A DNA stretch of 64,000 nt. It comes from Octopus sinensis (lineage: Eukaryota). The stretch lies in contig NC_043002.1 of assembly GCF_006345805.1 (NCBI RefSeq), positions 55,304,001-55,368,000 on the forward strand, in the 5' to 3' direction. The translations under genes and the position numbers were made by a program. Below, in pieces: positions 12,700 through 24,800 of this stretch (within the stretch, counting starts at the first letter, position 1; each line of letters starts with the position of its first letter). The notes below the pieces were generated by a model. It did not search any database. It had not been told where the DNA came from and was given only the letters and a program-made list of their open reading frames with translations.

Positions 12700-13950
12700 A
12701 ACATGTCATTACAAGTGTTACACAGCACAGACAAAATATATGTTGCAGAGTTCAATTTCAGCTTCAGTTCCTCCTGTGCCTCCGAGCTCACTGGGCAGCA
12801 AGTTGATGCTGCTGGTTTCTGTTGGCTGCAGTTTTCGCTGCACCCATCATACAAAACACATGATATTTGCCTCTCTCATGTCGGTTGTGAATGACCTGCG
12901 CCATGTTGTTTTCGGTCTTTCTCTCTTTTCTCCTCTGAAAGTGTTTTTGAAAGGTGTGTGGCAGATACGAAACCGAATCTTTGAATTTCCGAGTAAGAGT
13001 TACGACATACCCATAATCATTTCACGTGATCGGCCGATTAACTTACCAATCAGAATCAAACCATCACGCGATGCAGCTTTCCAGAATCTTCTAGAACCCC
13101 TCTGACAGGGATTATAAATATAGGAATTTTGGGCGATAAGACTTCAGAATATTGGAGACCTCCGCAAAGAAAACAGCTTTCTCATTTTTGCTTTCATTCT
13201 TCAACCGGAGCAGAAACGGTATAGCAACAATTGTTTTAATAACTACCTATTCAACCAAGCAGTTGACAACCACATATTTTTTTGTTTTCAAATTAACATA
13301 TTACTCCAAACGTGACAATGCAGTCATAGAGCATTAGTAACCAATTATTTTGTTTAAAGTTTGACTCACCCAGTGAGTATAAATTATTATTTGTATTCAT
13401 TTAAAGAACAGCATGGGAAATACTATGTGCAGTGAATAAAACTTCTACTAATTGTTCATGAGGTGTTGTTCATCATTTCCACGCAGCCACCAAACCAGCA
13501 CAGCCACCTTGCGATTCTATAAAATCACTTTCACGACATGTTTTAGAATATTGTGATTCCAGTAACCGGAGAACGTGATTTGTTCGTTTTTATCTTCGAA
13601 CTTGTGTTGGTTCCCTTTGAAATATCTTCATTTGTTATATGGTCTTGCCGCATAATCATTCTTAGAATGGAAGAGCGCTGTGACAATCGATAGAAAGCTA
13701 GATGTGTTCCACCAAAGGATGCTTGAGAAAAAACCAGTAGAACATAGTAATGAAATAATTTAACGGGTGCCAGGCAGGTGAATAAGAAAATCAAATAGCA
13801 ATACCAATAATCTGTATGAAGACTCTACATCCGAAACCAGTAAATCATTAACTAAAGAATTTGAATAAGATAAAATAGGTGCATCATTCACTGAAAACAA
13901 CAAAAGTAGCGAAGCAGTTCTACCCGAATGTTCTTGTGTTCTCAACATTT
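12700..13950 (-). mobile_element. Ancient RTE-like LINE 3' remnant
   Basis: Degenerate motifs in the expected order on the minus strand: RQDHITNEDI, RWLCWFG, RPKTTWRRS. Confidence 0.5.
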
Positions 13951-13971
13951 TAAACGATTTTAGCTTAAGAT

Positions 13972-14192
13972 ATAACGAGAAACATAAGACATCACAACTG
14001 AATTCATGTCCGAAAAGTATACACTAGCAACATTTATACAGAAAATAGCACTACTGGGTACCGCACACATCCTCCGTAAAACTCTTTCGATACAGTGAAA
14101 ATAAGAGAACCACAACAAGCCACAGGACATATCCAAGGCATACAGAGCTGTGCTCGGTAGTGCATGGAAAGCACGTGATAAAAATAAGGCTA

Positions 14193-14196
<4 letters not shown>
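13972..14196 (+). mobile_element. 3' tip of R4/Dong-like LINE (family A) ending in (AAT)n
   Basis: QKIALLGTAHILRKTLSIQ* plus a 3' UTR shared with the 15851-16793 copy. Confidence 0.8.
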
Positions 14197-14274
<78 letters not shown>

Positions 14275-14275
14275 T

Positions 14276-15640
14276 AAGTTGTTACTTATAGCTACAATGT
14301 GTTGAACTGGAATATGAGTGAAGTAAAGAATATAGATAGGAAAATACGCAAGCTGCTGAGTTGTAATAGGATGCACCACCCAAAGGCAGACGTAGATCGC
14401 CTTTAGCTTCCCAGAGCCCAAGGAGGTCGAGGCCTGATCCAATTTGAACTAGCTTACAAAACAACCACAATTGGACTGGCCAAATATCTCGAAATATCGA
14501 ATGACTGGATGCTAAAGCTCGTGGAAAATCACGAGAGGCGAAAGAAGCTTCATTCTATCATAAAGGAAAGCAAAAAATTTGCTATTGATCTCGTGCAGGA
14601 TACCCAAACTGAACAACCCGAGGGAAGTACGGCAACTATTGTTGCAAAGAAGGTGAAAATGATGGCAACGAAAAAAGCGCACGAACAATTGGCTGATAGG
14701 TGGGAGGAGAAACCTCTGCACGGCAAATATGTGACCCGCAGCAAACAAGCTGATGTTGACCAGAAGCAAACCCATCAGTGGCTACGGAGCTCAGGGCTAA
14801 AAGCAGAGAGCGAAGGTTTCATCCTGGCTGCTCAAGATCAAAGCCTATTAACCCGGAACTACCAGGCCAATGTGATGAAAAATGGAGCAGACCCAAAATG
14901 CCGATTCTGCAACGACATGATTGATACAGTGGACCATCTAATCTCTGGATGTAAAGTCTTAGCACCAGTGGAGTATAAATTAAGACATGACAGAGTTGGC
15001 CAATATCTACACTGGCTAATAAGTCGGCATTACAATATCAAAACTGCCGACAAGTGGTATAATCACCACCCTGAGGCTGTAACTGAAGGAGAAAAATGTA
15101 ACCATTCTGTGGGACTTTCCAGTACATACAGACCGAACCATCAAGGCCAATAAACCAGATATTGTTGTGAAAGACCAAAACAATAAAGTTTGCTTATTGA
15201 TCGACATGAGCATCCCCTGTGATCATAATATCACAGCGAAAGAGTTTGACAAGCTCAGAAAATATAAAGACCTACTCATTGAAATTGAGAAAATGTGGCA
15301 TCTCAAGGCGGTTACAATACCAGTGATCGTAGGAGCACTAGGAATGATCAAGAAGGGAACCGAAAATTATATGAGAATGATCCCTGGCTTACCATCCCTG
15401 CAAGAAGTGCAAAAGATTGTCTTAACTGGTACATCACATGTATTGAGAAGAGCATTGTCGTTGTGTGAATTGTTGCTGCTCATGTATTTTAATTTAACTT
15501 AAAAAAAAAATTTTAAAAATGAACGAACTATTGAGTTTGGTTTAATGGCCTACCAATGTATACTATGAGTTTCTTTGCCCTAGAAGTCGGGAAGACACTC
15601 GGCAAGAAATGGAAGCAAATTTGAAAGAAGAAAAAAAGAA
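14276..15640 (+). mobile_element. 5'-truncated R4/Dong-like LINE (family B) within (AAT)n
   Basis: KPLHGKY, AAQDQSLLTRNY, CRFC..DHLISGC (CCHC), RHD, NKPDIVV, LIDMS, KLRKYKDL; one frameshift near 15100. Confidence 0.92.
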
Positions 15641-15732
15641 GTAATAATAATAATAATAATAATAGTAATAATAATAATAATCAGTATTTAAGGAAGCTGA
15701 CAAATACAAACAAGAAATCATACCACCTAACA

Positions 15733-15803
<71 letters not shown>

Positions 15804-15806
15804 GAA

Positions 15807-15837
<31 letters not shown>

Positions 15838-15850
15838 AAGAAGAAGAAGA

Positions 15851-16793
15851 AAACACAACAAAAGATATAAAGCAATTGAAATCGAAACTAAAACTAGAAC
15901 AGTAACGGACCATGATAAAACGATGGCAAGAAAAGCCCCTTCATGGCAAGTACTGGACTAAACTAAATGCAAAAGAAATAGACAAAGAAAAATCCCAGCA
16001 GTGGTTGAGAAGCTCAGGACACAAAGCAGAGACAGGGATTTTTAATTGCAGCACAAGACCAAAGCCTCCCCACCAGAAATTACCAAAAACATGTAATGAA
16101 AAGAAATATAACAAGTAACTGCAGAATATGTGGAGATGGACAAGAAATAATAAATCATATTATCTCTGGCTGCCCAGTCCTGGCTAAGAAGGAATATATT
16201 CACAGACACGACAGAGTTGGGACCTACATACACTGGAAGCTATGCCAACGTTATGGAATAATAACAGAAAAAAGATGGTATAGGCACACACCAGAAAAGG
16301 TCACAGAAAACGAGAAAGCAACCATACTCTGGGATATGCCAATACACACAGATAGAGAACTTAAGGCTAACAGACCAGATATAGTTGTCAGAGATCATGA
16401 AGAAAAAAATGTTTTCTAATTGATGTATCAATACCAGCAGATGACAACGTTTCTCTAAAAGAAATGGAGAAACTTTCAAAATACAAAGACCTGGAAATAG
16501 AGGTAACTAGAATGTGGAATCTAAAAACAGAAACAATTCCTATCATAGGTGCATTAGGCATGATGAAAAAATATTCAGACAAATACATAACAAAACACCA
16601 GGACTTACAAACACACATAACATAGAGAAAATTGCACTACTAGGCACTGCACACATCCTACGCAGAACACTTTCAATACAGTAACCATCAGAGCATCACA
16701 ACAAATCACAGCACATACCCAAGGCACACAGAGCTGCGCTCGGTAGTGAAGTGAAAGCACGTTATAAAAATAAAACTACTGAATGATGATGAT
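15851..16793 (+). mobile_element. 5'-truncated R4/Dong-like LINE (family A)
   Basis: KPLHGKY, CRICG..NHIISGC, RHDRVG, WDMPIHTDRELKANRPDIVV; frameshifted; followed by (GAT)n(AAT)n. Confidence 0.92.
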
Positions 16794-16803
16794 GATGATG
16801 ATG

Positions 16804-16873
<70 letters not shown>

Positions 16874-16905
16874 CAACAACAACAACAACAACAATAATAA
16901 TAATA

Positions 16906-18305
16906 AACAGAGCTGAATGCAAGAAACAGGATCGAATGCAAGAACAGGATCGATGCTTTAACCATACCAGTCGTGACTTACAGTTTCAATAACATTAACT
17001 GGTCAATTACTGAAATATGTAATCTTGACAGAAAAATAAGAAAACTGTTGGCAATGCATAGAATGCACCACCCTAAGGCAGGTATAGAACGACTTTATAG
17101 CTGCCAAGAAAAGAGGGAGGCCGTCGACTTTTACAACTGGCAATAACAATGAAGATTGCCACATTTGGCCTAGACACCTACCTGAAAAACTCTGAGGAAA
17201 CAAGAAAGCATCATACTCAGTAACAAAACAGGCAAAGGAATATCTAAGTGAATTCCAAATATAGCAAATTCCGGAATTAGACATACTAGAAACTGGTGCA
17301 GAGAAAGCTAAGCGCATGAAAACCCATGCTAAAACTGCTGCCTTAGATATTCTGATTGATAAATGGCAAGAAAAACCTCTCGATGGCAAATACCCAGAGA
17401 GTGAATAATGCCTATGTTGACAAAGCCCTTATCTATCAATGGCTAATGGCTTCAGGCTTAAAATCTGAAACACAAGGGTTTATCATAGCAGCCCAAGATC
17501 AATGCCTACCTACAAGGAACTACCAGGCCAACATATTAAAGAACGGCAGCTTCCCAACATGTCATGTATGTCAACAACAAAATGAAACCCTTGATCATGT
17601 TGTCTCCATGTGCAGTCTTCTTGCGCCTACAGAGTATCTCAACAGGCATGATAGAGCTGCACAATATATATTCACTGGGTAATTTGTAAAAACTTGGACC
17701 TGCCCCATGATAAAAACTGGTGGGAACACAATCCACCTCCAGTGCTTGAAAATGACCACATCTCACTCCTCTGGAACTTCACCATTCAAACTGACAGAAA
17801 GATACATGCAAATAGGCCAGACATCATATTGAAAGACTTCAAAAAAAATCATGCCTCCTCATTGATATGACTGTCCCAATCGATATAAACGTATCTGTCA
17901 AGACCTACCAAAAACTAAGTAAACATAAAGATCTTGAAATAGAAATTAGCAAAATATGGAACCTGAAAACTAAAACACTACCTGTTGCTATAGGTACCCT
18001 AGGATTGATAGCAAAAGGGGCTGATTGCTACCTAGCTCAGATACCAGGAAACCTCAAATTGGCAGAAATTCAAAAGATAGTGCTCATGGGAACTGTCTAT
18101 ATCCTACGTAAAATACTTTCTATGTAATCTCAAGTTTAAAACAAACACAATTTTCCTATGGTTTCTTAACCATTCTCTAGAACAACACTATGTACAAAAC
18201 CAAATATATGGCACCAGCATGAACTTCTAACTTGTTGTCTCTTGAGGTCTCTGGGTGAGACTTAGAGCCAACTTGTACAAATGTAAAGCAAAAGTCAAAC
18301 ATAAA
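16906..18305 (+). mobile_element. 5'-truncated R4/Dong-like LINE (family C)
   Basis: AAQDQCLPTRNY, CHVC..DHVVSMC, RHD, QKIVLMGTVYILRKILSM; (AAT)n on both sides. Confidence 0.9.
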
Positions 18306-18353
18306 ATAATAATAATAATAATAATAACAATAATAATAATAGTAATAATAATA

Positions 18354-18414
<61 letters not shown>

Positions 18415-18498
18415 TAATAATAATAACACAATACTAATAACAATAATAATAATAATAACAACAACAACAACAACAATAATAATAATAATAATAATAAT

Positions 18499-18835
18499 GT
18501 GGTATCTTAAAGTGGGAACTGTTCCTGTTATTGTGGGTGCCCTAGGTATGATAAGAAAGATATGTCAGAAACATCTAGATAATATCTCAGGAGAACCATG
18601 TCTCAGAGAAATCCAAAAGATTGTGCTGACAGTTACTGCCCACATTCTTAGAAAAATCTTATCAATTTAAATGTCTGTGTTGTATTACATGAAGATATTT
18701 CGCTACTTCCCCCACCACTTCCTCTCCCCAAGCTTTCAATCATACTGTAACATCTCTTATCCTTCACTCGCCCTAGGATGCTGAGTGTGTCTCGGCAAGT
18801 GATTGTAACAAATATGCAGATTAAAAGTAAACAAC
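18499..18835 (+). mobile_element. 3' tip of R4/Dong-like LINE (family D)
   Basis: VPVIVGALGMIRK..EIQKIVL..AHILRKILSI plus UTR. Confidence 0.8.
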
Positions 18836-18855
18836 AACAATGATAATAATACAAA

Positions 18856-19360
18856 AAAGACATGCCGACTTAGGGATAGTAATCCACTCGGAGTTATGTA
18901 GAAAGCTAGAAGTTTGAACATATTAATAAATGGTATGAACATGAACCTAGTAAAGTACTACTAGAAAGTAAGAAATACAAGATGTTGTGAGACGGACAGA
19001 GTAATAGAAGCTAGATGGCTTAATTTAGTAGTAGTAGATAAAGGGAATAAAAATTGCTAAAATCAATACGAGAGGTACAGAAAAAATAGCAAAGTACCAA
19101 GACCTAACCATTGAATTACAGAGACTATGGAAAATGTGGGTAAAATATATCTCAGTCATTATAGGTGCATTATGAACTATCCCTAAAGATTTGAACAGAT
19201 GGACAGAGAAAATAGGCATAAAACCCAGTTTTGTACAGCTGCAGAAAACAGTGTTATTAGGGCCAGCTTGGAGGGTTCTTGGTATCTAAGGTTACATGTT
19301 GTAGCTCGATGTTTGGATTTCTTCTTTTCCAACAGTCTAATCTGTTATGTGTATATGAAA
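18856..19360 (+). mobile_element. Decayed R4/Dong-like 3' fragment (family E) ending in (GTA)n
   Basis: EKIAKYQDLTIELQRLW, IIGAL, LQKTVLLG. Confidence 0.65.
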
Positions 19361-19385
19361 GTAGTAGTAGTAGTAGTAGTAGTAA

Positions 19386-19815
19386 GTACAGAAGGAGTTA
19401 ACAAAAATGGACTTGAGAGTGCTCATGAATTCCGAACAAAAGCAGCCAACGAGAGAGAAAAAAACCCTACTCCATATGGAATTACATGGTCAGTTCCACC
19501 GTGAAACCAACAAATTAAAAGACCAGGGAGCATCATGGAGGTGACTCCATAAGGTTGACCTAAAAACGAATAATAAAAGCTTAGTCATCGCGGTCCAGGA
19601 CCAGGCATTGAATACCAAATCAGTGAAAAAGAATATATACCTCACGAGTGCATCGGACCTCTGCAGAATATGTGGGAAAAGTTTCGAAGGTGTGACCCAC
19701 GTTGTTAGTGCTTGTGAAAGTCTTGCGCAGAAAGACTACAGGCGTAGACACGACAAAGTAGCCCAAAACCTCCACTGGCTACTATGCCGTAAGTATGGAT
19801 ATGAGGTTACGGGTG
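19386..19815 (+). mobile_element. Internal R4/Dong-like fragment (family F)
   Basis: AVQDQALNTK, CRICGK..THVVSAC, RRHDKVAQNLHWLLC. Confidence 0.8.
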
Positions 19816-20952
19816 CTTCTTTCAGTTTCCGTTACCAAATCCACTCACAAGGCTTTGGTCAGCCCGAGTCTATAGTAGAAGACAATTGCATACATACATA
19901 CATACATACATACATACATACATACATACATACATACACACGCGCACACACACATACATACGTACATACATACATACATACACACGCATACACACTTGCA
20001 TACATACTTACGAACGTCCATACATACACCCACACAAATACATACATATATACATACATATACACGTACATACATATTTACACATGCACATATATGATAT
20101 ATACATACATACACACGTACATACATAGTACATATCTATGTACTTCAATACATGCGTACATGCAGATACACATATACACACACTCATACATGCATGCATG
20201 CATACATATAACGCGCACACACACACACACATGCAACTCGAAATCACATGGTCTCGAAAAATATAAATGTTTGTGCGAGAGAGAAAGCGAGAAAGAGAAA
20301 GAGAGACAGAGTGAGAGAGATTGTGCAGAAAGGAAAAGAAAGATAGAGTGTGTGTAAAAAGGAAGAGAGAGAAAGAAAGAAGGGGAAATAAGAAAGGTAA
20401 GTAAAACGGAACCAATTTTAAAAGCTGAAGCGAGCGAAATTTAGAGCGATGAAAACCTAAACGTCTCCATCAGTTTTGTGGAGAGATTTGTTATATTTGA
20501 AGTAATGAGGCAGACAGGATGTAATCAACTGGAGCCAGGCAGTTCTTCCGGTTACCCCCAAGATAAAGCAACAGTCTGCCGGAAGGTAGATAAGAAAGTG
20601 GCTTTCGTATGGTGCAGTGTGAGGTGTACAACGCGAGACGTCTGTAGAGGGCGGCTACTCATTATGGCTGGCTTTGTTTTGGTAGAAGAGAAAGGGCGGC
20701 CATTTTGGTTACTACAGAGATGGGTCGTCCGAAAACCAGTGTGTGTATGTGCATGCTTGGATATATAGCTACGTGTGTGTATGTGATTGCATGTACACAC
20801 ACACACACACACATACGCTCGCGCACACACATGTATTTGTGTGTATGTATATATCCATCCACGTGTGTTGTATGCATGTATGAGTGTGTGTGTATGTGTA
20901 TCTGCATGTACTTATGCATGTACTATGTACGTACGTGTGTATGTATGTATAT

Positions 20953-20992
<40 letters not shown>

Positions 20993-21348
20993 TGTATAGA
21001 TATTTACCCATGTATGTATGTGTATATGTATGTATATATGTATGTGTTTGTGTGGGTGTGTGCATGGACGTTCGTAAGTATGTATGTATATATATATGTG
21101 TACGAGCGTATGTATGCATGTTTGTATGTATGTAAATATGTTTGTGCGTGCGTGTGTGTATGTTTGTATGTATATGCGTGTGTGCGTGCGTGTGTGTATA
21201 TGTGTGTATGTGTGTGTATGTGTGTATGTATGTATGTATGTATGTATGTATGTATGTATGTATGCAGGTGCATCTTAGTGTCGGCAGGAAGAAACCGAGA
21301 GATGAAATACCAGACTTTACATAAATACATGGCAGGGTTAAATTTAAG

Positions 21349-21411
<63 letters not shown>

Positions 21412-21442
21412 AACACACACACACACACGCACACACACACAC

Positions 21443-21516
<74 letters not shown>

Positions 21517-21551
21517 ATGCATGTATACATCTATATGTGTGTGTTTGTGTG

Positions 21552-21858
21552 TGGAGGTGCAATGGCCAAGTGGTTAGAGCAGCAGACTCGCGGTCGTAGG
21601 ATCGCGGTTTCGATTCCCAGACCGGGCGTTGTGAGTGTTTATTTAGCGAAAATACCTAAAGCACTACAAGGCTCCGGCAAGGGGGTGGGGCGGCGATCCC
21701 TGGTGTACTCTTTCGCCACGACTTTCTCTCACTCTTTCTTCTGTTGGCCTGCTCGCTTGGCCAGCGGGGTGGCGTCATTTGAAGGCTAAAACAATGCGAA
21801 GCGCATTGAGACCAGCGATGTGTAGCAACATCTGATAGCCTGGTCGGTCACGGTCATA
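21552..21858 (+). mobile_element. tRNA-derived SINE, family S4 (5'-truncated copy at 54690-54926)
   Basis: A box TGGCCAAGTGG, B box GGTTTCGATTCCC; body shared with 54690-54926. Confidence 0.8.
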
Positions 21859-21871
21859 TATATATATATAT

Positions 21872-22090
21872 ATATTCAAAATGTGACCGCGTGAGTACCG
21901 TTGGCGATTTTTTTCCTCCGTCTTCCCTTCTCTGGATCTTTCCTTTTCCTATGTTTCTGACGAAGAGCTCCGCTCGAAACGTAAAGTCCTCTCCTTCCCT
22001 TCCTTCCTGAGCGTCCAATAATACTATATTTGTTCCACGTACTCGCGTTGTTGTGTTTTCTCTTTGTATTTTCATGTTTGGATTAACTTT
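21872..22090 (+). mobile_element. About 220-bp non-coding hammerhead-bearing repeat (Penelope pLTR or retrozyme-like); second copy 59175-59410 on the minus strand
   Basis: Two dispersed near-identical copies; TTT CTGACGA AGAGC-TCC-GCTC GAAAC GTA AAG at 21953-21987. Confidence 0.75.
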
Positions 22091-22099
22091 ATATATATA

Positions 22100-22820
22100 T
22101 CTTTATATATATAAAACTGAGAATGTGTGTGTGTCTGTCTGTGTGTTTCCCTAAAACCTGAGAACTACACAACCTATTTCATTCAAATTTTACACATGCC
22201 TTACTTAGGGTCCATGTAGTTTCATGGGCAAAAAAATGTTCAACTTCTTGCCTAGAGCGAGCCCATAGCAATATCATATCTTCTCCACTATTTCAGTATT
22301 ACGTGTTAAAAGTGAAACAAAAATATTTCTCTATTTTATGTCAGATGCTTTCACTTTAACAATAAAAATAATAATAACAATTGAATTATATGTAGTAAGT
22401 AATAATTAAAATCAAACTAAAGTATAATATAATCGTAACATAACAAAAGTAAAAATAGCAATTGGTATAAAATTGCATCAATGATTTGAACTTGAATAAG
22501 TGGTTTCATATGAATGGGAATAAATTAGAAATAAAATTTGCGTGCAGAAACGGAATAGTCCAGATGGATAATAAAAAATAAAATTAAAGAAAAGACTATT
22601 GCCTATAAAGTATACAATGTAGAGAAAAAAGAACTAACAATTCCAGTCTGTTATATATCTTGAGTATTGTTATCACTAGCGATATCAAGATATAACTTTG
22701 TATTTTGCATTTTATGTGTAGATGTATATATATAGATGTACATGTAATATGTACACATATATATACACATATATACATGCACTAGTACTATGACCCGGCA
22801 ACGACGGGTCTTTAATGCTA

Positions 22821-22821
<1 letters not shown>
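22100..22821 (+). mobile_element. Non-autonomous Helitron-like element
   Basis: A|TC 5' end; 3' hairpin GACCCG-GCAACGA-CGGGTC (22792-22810) followed by CTAG|T. Confidence 0.7.
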
Positions 22822-22873
<52 letters not shown>

Positions 22874-23609
22874 GGGGGGGTTGCGTTTGTGTATGTGTGT
22901 GTGTTTGTGGGTATCTATCTATGTATGTATAAGTTAATAGGAGTTTTCTTTTTTTTTTCTGCTGTCTACAATGAAGCATAAAAGCAATGAACAGACTTCG
23001 TCGTTGATTGATCAATCAATATGTTGAAGTGGAGTGGAAAGTTTGCTTGACTCTCAACATTTTCCTTCGTATGTATGTTTATATATACATAGTGTGTGTG
23101 TGTGCGTGTGTAATATGTGTGTGTAGCAATCAACTGTATTATTTTCATTTCTTTGAGTCAGACTAATCGTTCATCCATGTTAAAAGTACACACACTTCCC
23201 GCTCTACTCTCTCCCCTTCTCTCTTCTCTCTGTTCTTTCCCTCCATATTTCTCTCCCCATCCTTTCCCTCGCCCCCTCTCTCTCTCACTCTTCTATAGTT
23301 CAACCCTGGTTACACAAAGACCAGTTTCAAATGACTGATAAAAGATTTAAACTAACAAAACAATTCCCCATTATCTGCTGTCATAAACATCTCCGTTCGA
23401 CATAACCAATCAGCCGTTGTTAGACTAATACACTTCATATTATTGCATTGTTGTCTAACCTGGACTGCCACTACATTGGTCATCTATTATTTACCGTTTA
23501 TGACAACGTTTCTGTACTGCAATGATTAACATAGCAATGGATCCCACGTTCGATTTCTGTCTGCGATGACAAACGTGGTTATTTATTTATTTATTTATTT
23601 TTACTCTAG

Positions 23610-24800
23610 GCACACGGCCTGAAATTTTGGGGGAGGGGTCAGTCGATTACATGGACCCTCGTACGAAACTATTACTCAATTTATCGACCCCGAAAGGATT
23701 AAAGGTAAAGTCAAACTCGGCGCAATTTGAACTCAGAACGTAACGGCAGACGAAATACCTATTTCTTTACTACCCACAAGGGGCTAAACACAGAGGGGAC
23801 AAACAAAGACAGACACACGGATTAAGTCGATTACATCGACCCAGTGCGCAACTGGTGCTTAATTTATCGACCCCGAAAGGATGAAAGGCAAAGTCGACCT
23901 CGGCGGAGTTTGAACTCACAACGTCACGGCTGACAAAATACGGCTACGCATTTCGCCCGGCGTGCTAACGATTCTTGTTTCTTTTACTGCCCTCAAGGGG
24001 ATACAAAAAAAAGACAAGCGAATTAAGTCGATTATATTGACTCCAGTGCGTAACTGGTACTTATTTAATCGACCCCGAAAGGATAAATGGCAAAGTCAAC
24101 CTCGGCAGAATGTGAACTCAGAACGTAGCAGTAGACGAAATACCTATTTCTTTATTACCCACAAGGGGCTAAACATAGAGGGGACAAACAAAGGACAGAA
24201 AAAGGTATTAAGTCGATTACATCGACTTCAGTGCGTAACTGGTACTTAATTTATCGACCCCGAAAGTATGAAAGGCAAAGTTGACCTCGGCGGAATTTGA
24301 ACTGAGAACGTAACGCAGATGAAATACCTATTTCTTTACTACCTACAAGGGGCTAAACACAGAGAGGACAAACAAGGACAGACAAACGGATTAAGTCGAT
24401 TATATCGACCCCAGTGCGTAACTGGTACTTATTTCATCGACCCCGAAAGGATGAAAGGCAAAGTTGACCTCGGCGGAATTTGAACTCAGAACGTAGCGGC
24501 ACACGAAATACCGCTAAGCATTTCGCCCGGCGTGCTAACGTTTCTGCCAGCTCGCCGTCTAATATATATTTCTGTATTGCCCACAATGGGCTAAACACAG
24601 AGGAGTTAAACAAGGACAGGCAAAGGAATTAAGTCGATTACATCGACTCCAGTGCGTAACTGGTACTTATTTAATCGACCTCGAAAGGAGGAAAGGCAAA
24701 GTCGACTTCGGTGGAATTTGAACTCAAAGTGTAAAGACAGACGAAATACCGCTAAGCATTTCGCCCGGCGTACTAACGTTTCTACCAGCTCACTGCCTTA
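23610..24800 (-). repeat. Tandem array of about six SINE (family S3)-derived units
   Basis: The GAACTCAGAACG core recurs at about 23729, 23912, 24114, 24299, 24482 and 24720. Confidence 0.85.

Noticed and set aside
12584-13105. 173-aa plus-strand ORF
   Set aside because: No recognisable motif; the opposite strand carries RTE-like remnants, so it is probably an antisense shadow.
21552-21630. tRNA gene
   Set aside because: A and B boxes are present but there is no complete cloverleaf, and it continues into a dispersed repeat body; this is a SINE head.
23610-24800. CRISPR-like repeat-spacer appearance
   Set aside because: Units are about 180-240-bp SINE derivatives without unique spacers, the context is eukaryotic, and there are no cas genes.
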